NCBI GenBank assembly: GCA_963769935.1
Contig: CAVYNY010000018.1
Location: forward strand, 224,001 to 288,000
DNA: 64,000 nt
Direction: 5' to 3'
Source of the DNA: an uncultured delta proteobacterium
Lineage (GTDB): Bacteria > Desulfobacterota > Desulfobacteria > Desulfobacterales > JAFDCJ01
The notes under the pieces were generated by a model. It was not told the DNA's origin and did no database searches. It worked only from the letters and a program-made list of their open reading frames with translations. How positions within the stretch are numbered: the first letter of the stretch is position 1; the number at the start of each line of letters is the position of its first letter. This document shows, one piece after another, positions 59,072 through 64,000 of the stretch. The position numbers and the translations under genes were made by a program.

Positions 59072-59932
59072 TCAAGCCGCCAGCTGCAAAACGACACCGG
59101 CCCAGCCCGCCTCGGTCCCCCTCCAGCGGCAGAACCACTGTTTTTCGGCATAAAACTGCAGCAGATCATTCAGCTCCAGGGTCCTGATGCCGGATATCAC
59201 CAGCACCCCGCCGGATGCGGTCAGTGAACTCAGCTGCGAACGCAACTGGTTCAGACTTGGATAGCGCAGATTGGCAGTGACCATCCGGAAGCGATCGTGA
59301 ATAGCCTCCAGGGGACGCCCGGATATTTCAATCCGATTCTCCAGCGCATTTAGCCGAACATTTTGGCGGGCTTCGGCCAGAGCGCACTCATCGAAATCGA
59401 TGCCAAGCCCGGCCGCAGCTCCCAGACACACTGCTGCGATAACCAGCACCCCCGAACCGCAGCCCACATCCAGAACTACGGCGCGGGAAAAACTGCTTCC
59501 GGCACATTGCCGCCGCAGCACCATCTCGATTCCCCGCAGCGCCAGCCGGGTGGTCGGATGCCGGCCGTCGCCGAAAGAAGCGCCGGGCTGAATCTGCACC
59601 ACCGCCTCATCCGGTCCGGGGAAAAAACTGTGGCCCGGAGGGTGCAGCACCACAAACTGCGATACTCTCCGGGGTCGATTAAAAGACAGCTCCAGATAGG
59701 TGGAACCGAATTGATAGGTGTATGCAAGCTCCCCGTCCGAAACCAGATTCCGGATAACGGCCTTGATCTGTTTTCTTGCCAGCCCATATTTTTCAGACAG
59801 GCTTTGGCCGAGAACGGACGGTGTTAATTTGGCGGGCGATACTGCGATCGCAGCGGTTATATACCTGCGGATCTGATATTCGGCCAACCGTTTCGGGTCA
59901 TCACCGGCGGTTTTTTCTGAACTGGATTGCAT
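59072..59932 (-). CDS. PrmA-like SAM-dependent methyltransferase with an atypical N-terminal domain (start uncertain)
   Basis: PGASFGDGRHPTTRL, VLDVGCGSGVL, ANL, ISGI motifs. Confidence 0.75.
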   Translation of the reverse strand: MQSSSEKTAGDDPKRLAEYQIRRYITAAIAVSPAKLTPSVLGQSLSEKYGLARKQIKAVIRNLVSDGELAYTYQFGSTYLELSFNRPRRVSQFVVLHPPGHSFFPGPDEAVVQIQPGASFGDGRHPTTRLALRGIEMVLRRQCAGSSFSRAVVLDVGCGSGVLVIAAVCLGAAAGLGIDFDECALAEARQNVRLNALENRIEISGRPLEAIHDRFRMVTANLRYPSLNQLRSQLSSLTASGGVLVISGIRTLELNDLLQFYAEKQWFCRWRGTEAGWAGVVLQLAA

Positions 59933-61436
59933 TGCGAACGAGGCCCCGGGCCCATTGCGGCGTACCGAGTGCATGTATATGGGTATAGGTGGCAAGAACA
60001 TTTTTGTAAACAATACCATCGCGATCTTTCTCAATCCCTTCACCCCGCTGCATGCGAAAGACCAGATCGCACTTTCCTGCCTCCAGTTTTGACACGCGGG
60101 AGTAGTGAAACTCATGGCCCCGGATCTCGGAGCCGACATCGAAGTAAGGATTTTCGGCGACCACCCGGACCACGGTGTATCCATGGCCCTGAGGTCGTTT
60201 ATAAAAATCAAAGGTCACCGGCAAAATTCCGACCATCGGATGGGATTGGCCCTCCAACACGAGGCGCTCTCCCAGATACATCAACCCGCCGCACTCGGCA
60301 TAGATGGGAAATCCTTCACCGGCCAGGGCCTTGAGTTGGGCATTGAAGTTTTTATTGTTCGCCAGCTGCCGGGCATGGGTTTCGGGAAAGCCGCCGCCGA
60401 TATAAAGCGCGTCCAGGTCGGGCAGTTCTTGATCGATCAGCGGGCTGATAAATACGATTTCAGCGCCTCCCCGGACAAGCGCATCGATATTCTCCGGATA
60501 ATAAAATTGAAAGGCCGAATCCCGGATAATCCCGATGCGAGGTGATGGGTTCTCGATGCTGGATACTCGATGCTGGTCGCCGGATGCTGGTCCCTGGATG
60601 CTGGATGCTCGATGCTGGATACTGGACGCCGGTCGCTGAATGCTGGTCGCCGGCTTTTGATCTTTGATCTCTGGCTCCTGTCCTCTGTCTTCTGTCTTCT
60701 GTCTTCTGCCCTCTGTCCTCTGTCCCCTGTCCTCTGTCTCAAAAACAGGAGCATTTTGAGCAATCTTGACAATGCCGTCAAGATCAAGGTGTTTTTCGCC
60801 AATCTTCGTAATCGCTGCAATCGCATCCTGGGCCCAATCGTGTTCAGCAGTGGGCACCAGCCCCAGGTGGCGCTCGGGAAAGAGCTGGTCGCCGAGCTTG
60901 GGTATGGCGCCGAGCACCGGGACGCCGCAATAGTGCTCAACGCTTTCCCGCAGCTTTTTCTCATGCCGCGCGTTGGCCACACGATTGAGAATAATGCCTT
61001 TGATCATGACGTGCGGATCAAATTGAATGCAACCCGAAACAACAGCCGCCATCGTGCGGGTCATTTTTGTGCAATCCACACACAAGATCACCGGACAATG
61101 GAGCAGTTTGGCGAGCTCAGCCGTACTGGTACTGCCTTCGAGGTCGATGCCGTCATACAGGCCGCGATTGCCTTCGATAACGGAAAGATCAAAATTGGTG
61201 GAATGCGATAAAAAGGAGTTTAAATTGGCTTGCGGGCTTAAAAGGAAAGAATCCAGATTATAGCAGGGATGGCCGGCGGCAAGGGCCAGCCATCCCGCAT
61301 CAATATAGTCCGGACCTTTTTTAAAAGGAGCAACCCTTTTACCCCGATTGCTCAAAGCAGCAATGACGGCAATCGATAAGATGGTCTTTCCCGACCCGCC
61401 GCGCAGGGCGGCAATGATTATTCTGGGAAATTCCAT
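59901..61436 (-). CDS. dsrN: Cobyrinate a,c-diamide synthase homologue (siroheme amidase DsrN) with a repeat-derived linker insertion
   Basis: GGSGKT, FKKGPDYIDA, EGNRGLYDG, ERHLGL; GATase domain AFQFYY, GGGFPE, AECGGLMYL, GHEFHYS; follows dsrABD. Confidence 0.9.
   Translation of the reverse strand: MEFPRIIIAALRGGSGKTILSIAVIAALSNRGKRVAPFKKGPDYIDAGWLALAAGHPCYNLDSFLLSPQANLNSFLSHSTNFDLSVIEGNRGLYDGIDLEGSTSTAELAKLLHCPVILCVDCTKMTRTMAAVVSGCIQFDPHVMIKGIILNRVANARHEKKLRESVEHYCGVPVLGAIPKLGDQLFPERHLGLVPTAEHDWAQDAIAAITKIGEKHLDLDGIVKIAQNAPVFETEDRGQRTEGRRQKTEDRGQEPEIKDQKPATSIQRPASSIQHRASSIQGPASGDQHRVSSIENPSPRIGIIRDSAFQFYYPENIDALVRGGAEIVFISPLIDQELPDLDALYIGGGFPETHARQLANNKNFNAQLKALAGEGFPIYAECGGLMYLGERLVLEGQSHPMVGILPVTFDFYKRPQGHGYTVVRVVAENPYFDVGSEIRGHEFHYSRVSKLEAGKCDLVFRMQRGEGIEKDRDGIVYKNVLATYTHIHALGTPQWARGLVRNAIQFRKNRR
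60552..60739. repeat. Two heptamer tandem-repeat tracts inside dsrN
   Basis: (CTGGATG/CTCGATG)n at about 60552-60655 and (CTCTGTC/TTCTGTC)n at about 60672-60739. Confidence 0.85.
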
Positions 61437-61505
61437 ACCATCCGACTGCATTGATGACTGTTTGAAAATCAGAATAAAACCTAACCGGCGGTTGTAAAAA
61501 GCTTA

Positions 61506-61745
61506 CTATTCTTCGTGTTCGGCCGACGCCTGTTTTCCGGCGCCTTTCAGTCCATACATGGAGGTACTCCCGCTGGACCAGTACTCGAGAATTCCCTCCG
61601 TTACCATTTGATTTACCAGCTTTTTGGCTTCCCGGGGCTTTAGTTCAAGAATTTTGGAAAGGTCGTTAAAATAAAATTTGCTCTTGGATTTGGATTTCTT
61701 TTCCAGGGCTTCAACAATCTTGCTTTTTGCTTCCGCGTAATCCAT
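61506..61745 (-). CDS. dsrD: Dissimilatory sulfite reductase D
   Basis: KSKFYFNDL, LEYWSSGSTSMYGLKG signature. Confidence 0.96.
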   Translation of the reverse strand: MDYAEAKSKIVEALEKKSKSKSKFYFNDLSKILELKPREAKKLVNQMVTEGILEYWSSGSTSMYGLKGAGKQASAEHEE

Positions 61746-61770
61746 GGTTAACCTCTTTTCAATTAAATAT

Positions 61771-61799
61771 AGGGAGCCCGATCCGACGTTGGGCTCCCT
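61771..61799 (-). terminator. Stem-loop between dsrB and dsrD (weak terminator or mRNA stabiliser)
   Basis: AGGGAGCCC...GGGCTCCCT followed on the minus strand by ATATTTAATT. Confidence 0.55.
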
Positions 61800-61815
61800 T
61801 CACTGTTTTTGGCGC

Positions 61816-62961
61816 CTAAAACTTGAATTGTGAAGTGTGGCGCCAGGTGTAGTAGGCCGGATCACGGAAATCATCAATCAAATGATGAGTGAATTCCAGA
61901 TCACATTTCTCAAAGAAGCGCTCCCATCCGATCCGCTCGGCCCAATCACCCAGACGCTCATATTTGCGTGCACCTTGGGAATAGGCTTCCACGATTTTCT
62001 TGATGGTTGCGGTAGTCTGCGGCCAGCGCGGTGCCTCATTGGGAATAAAGGCAACCACAACCTTGGAAAACTTCGGTGTGCTGATGCGATTGGACACTTT
62101 CCCGCCGGCCATAATAACGATGCCATCGCCTTGGGTGTCGGCCAATGGCATGGAGGGGCACATGGTATAGCAGTTGCCGCAAAACATGCAGCGATCATTA
62201 TTGACAGCCACGCTGTTGAGCTTTTTACCGCCGACCTCCACCTTGGCCGGTTTGATGGCTGCCGTCGGGCAGGCCGCAATCGCCAGCGGAATTTCGCACA
62301 TCTTGTCCAGGTATTCATGGTCCAGCAGGGGCGGTTTGCGGTGATATCCCAGAATAGCGATATCCGAGCAGTGAACCGCACCGCACATGTTCAGGCAGCA
62401 GGCCAGCGATACCCGCAGGTGGGCCGGCAGCCTGTGGTTTTTGAAGTCGTCGAACAGCACATCCATGGTGGCTTTCACCGGACCGGAAGCATCTGTGGCC
62501 GGTGTGTGGCAGTGGATCCAACCCTGGGTGTGCACGATGTTGGTAATACCGGCACCCGTGCCGCCCACCGGAAATTTATAGCTGCCGCCGGCAAATTTGC
62601 GGCTTTCAAGGTCCTGAACCAACGGTTTGACCTTGTCTTCACTGTCCACCATAAATTCGACGTTATTGCGGGTGGTAAACCGTACATACCCGTCGCAATG
62701 TTTTTCAGCGATCTCACAAATTTCACGAATGTGGGTCGTGCTCATCAAACGGGCACCGCCGACGCGGATACTGTAAACTTTGTCGCCGGATTCGGCCACA
62801 TGATAATAAACGCCGGGTTGAATGTATTCGTGATACAGCCAGGTGCCTTTATTTTTGGCAATCACCGGCGGATAAAATTCGTCAAATTTTCTCGGACCGA
62901 TGTCGCTGATGCGGTTTTCCATCGGTTTGTCAGGATTATAGCCTGAAGATACAAATGCCAT
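61816..62961 (-). CDS. dsrB: Dissimilatory sulfite reductase beta subunit
   Basis: [55 protein letters not shown]. Confidence 0.98.
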   Translation of the reverse strand: MAFVSSGYNPDKPMENRISDIGPRKFDEFYPPVIAKNKGTWLYHEYIQPGVYYHVAESGDKVYSIRVGGARLMSTTHIREICEIAEKHCDGYVRFTTRNNVEFMVDSEDKVKPLVQDLESRKFAGGSYKFPVGGTGAGITNIVHTQGWIHCHTPATDASGPVKATMDVLFDDFKNHRLPAHLRVSLACCLNMCGAVHCSDIAILGYHRKPPLLDHEYLDKMCEIPLAIAACPTAAIKPAKVEVGGKKLNSVAVNNDRCMFCGNCYTMCPSMPLADTQGDGIVIMAGGKVSNRISTPKFSKVVVAFIPNEAPRWPQTTATIKKIVEAYSQGARKYERLGDWAERIGWERFFEKCDLEFTHHLIDDFRDPAYYTWRHTSQFKF

Positions 62962-62973
62962 GGTCTTTTCCCC

Positions 62974-64000
62974 CTATCTTTGATGATGTTTTCTGAATTC
63001 ATTGATGTCACGTGTCCAACCACCCTCGACTTCCTCTTCTTTCCAGAAAATGTAGGGGTTGGATCTGGGTTCCTGAACCATTCGCGGATCGGGTTGAAGT
63101 CCGGTGGCCTCAAGCAATTTCTGAAAGCCCTGACGCTTCATGAGCTCACCGAGGCGCTCCCGGTTTTTGCCTTCTTCCATCCACCAATCCCAGATGCCCT
63201 CAATAACCTCTTTGATTTCATCATAGGGTTCCTCGGCCTTGATAAAGGGAACCAGCATGGAACCCATCTGCGCGCCGTCAAGAATCGGGGCCTTGGCACC
63301 GACCAGGATGGAAAGGCCTTTATCCTCTCCAATCCGGAGCGCTCTGGGCATGGCATTGATGCAGTGCATGCAGCGATTGCATTCTTTGTTGTCGATCATC
63401 AGTTTGTTGTCTTCCATCCACATGCAGCTGGTGGGACACAGATCGATGACTTCTTTTTGAATATCAAACGGGCCCCAGTCGCGGCCGGAATGCGCACCGG
63501 CGTTGGGCGGCAGCTCACCGCCGATATAGGCCTGCACCGCTTCCTGATCAATGCGGATATCATCGCGCCAGGTCCCGATAAAGGACATGTCCGCCCGGGC
63601 AATGGAGGCCACACAGCAGTTCGGACAGCCGTCGAATTTGAATTTGAACTTGTACGGAAAGGCCGGCCGGTGAAGTTCGTCCTGGTATTCATTGGTCAGA
63701 TGGTAGCACAACGCGTGGGTGTCGTAGCAGGCATATTCACAGCGCGCTTGGCCGATGCAGTCGGAAGGCGTCCGCAGGTTGGAACCGGAACCGCCCAGAT
63801 CCTGGTTAAGAGTATGGGTCATCTCGTAAAAAATTTCTTCCAGCTGCGGGGTCGTGGTTCCGAGGAAAACGATGTCGCCGGTCGAGCCGTGCATGTTGGT
63901 AATGCCGCTGCCGCGAAAATCCCACAAGTCGCAGAGCTGACGCAGGAATTCGGTCGTATAAAATTTGCCGCTGGGCTGGTTTACGCGCAGGGTATGGAAG
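62974..64000 (-). CDS. dsrA: Dissimilatory sulfite reductase alpha subunit (5' end outside the window)
   Basis: GSGITNMHGSTGD, DELHRPAFPYKFKFKFDGCPNCC, CNRCMHCIN, PRSNPYIFW. Confidence 0.98.
   Translation of the reverse strand, partial: FHTLRVNQPSGKFYTTEFLRQLCDLWDFRGSGITNMHGSTGDIVFLGTTTPQLEEIFYEMTHTLNQDLGGSGSNLRTPSDCIGQARCEYACYDTHALCYHLTNEYQDELHRPAFPYKFKFKFDGCPNCCVASIARADMSFIGTWRDDIRIDQEAVQAYIGGELPPNAGAHSGRDWGPFDIQKEVIDLCPTSCMWMEDNKLMIDNKECNRCMHCINAMPRALRIGEDKGLSILVGAKAPILDGAQMGSMLVPFIKAEEPYDEIKEVIEGIWDWWMEEGKNRERLGELMKRQGFQKLLEATGLQPDPRMVQEPRSNPYIFWKEEEVEGGWTRDINEFRKHHQR

Noticed and set aside
59933..60211. N-terminal extension of the PrmA-like ORF
   Set aside because: It lies within the dsrN GATase domain in another frame
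60552..60739. Possible CRISPR array
   Set aside because: The units are 7-nt tandem repeats without unique spacers, and there are no cas genes in the window
61837..62946. 369-aa plus-strand ORF
   Set aside because: Antisense shadow of dsrB

Overview
The window comes from a sulfate-reducing deltaproteobacterium (Desulfobacterota, probably Desulfobacterales). The right end is core genome: reductive-type dsrA (partial)-dsrB-dsrD-dsrN, an atypical PrmA-like methyltransferase, tetrahaem cytochrome c3, tatBC, mltA and the Moco genes moaB, mobA, moaE and moaC. Most of the rest is accessory catabolism: two molybdoenzyme catalytic subunits; a minus-strand polyamine/amide cluster (patA, potABCD, two C-N hydrolases, Liv-type ABC transporter, amidohydrolase); a PAS kinase/REC-HDOD/REC-PP2C module; a sigma-54-controlled operon (class III aminotransferase, polar amino-acid ABC transporter, creatininase-family hydrolase, 3-oxoacid CoA-transferase, ArgE-like deacylase); and a GntR-linked divergent cluster (alkyl-sulfatase-like MBL hydrolase, sugar-type ABC transporter, enolase-superfamily enzyme, family III CoA-transferase, QueG-like Fe-S protein). 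Features the ORF track misses: an AhpD/CMD-family selenoprotein (CxxU, UGA followed by a SECIS-like hairpin), about 190 bp of heptamer repeats translated in frame inside dsrN, a probable ATC start codon for livH, deletion scars in an enoyl-CoA hydratase gene and at an SDR/MFS junction, single-base frameshifts in potD and the cytochrome c3 gene, and many dispersed short-period or inverted-repeat elements. I saw no rRNA, tRNA, CRISPR array or intact transposase. All family assignments come from recognising motifs by eye, not from database searches.
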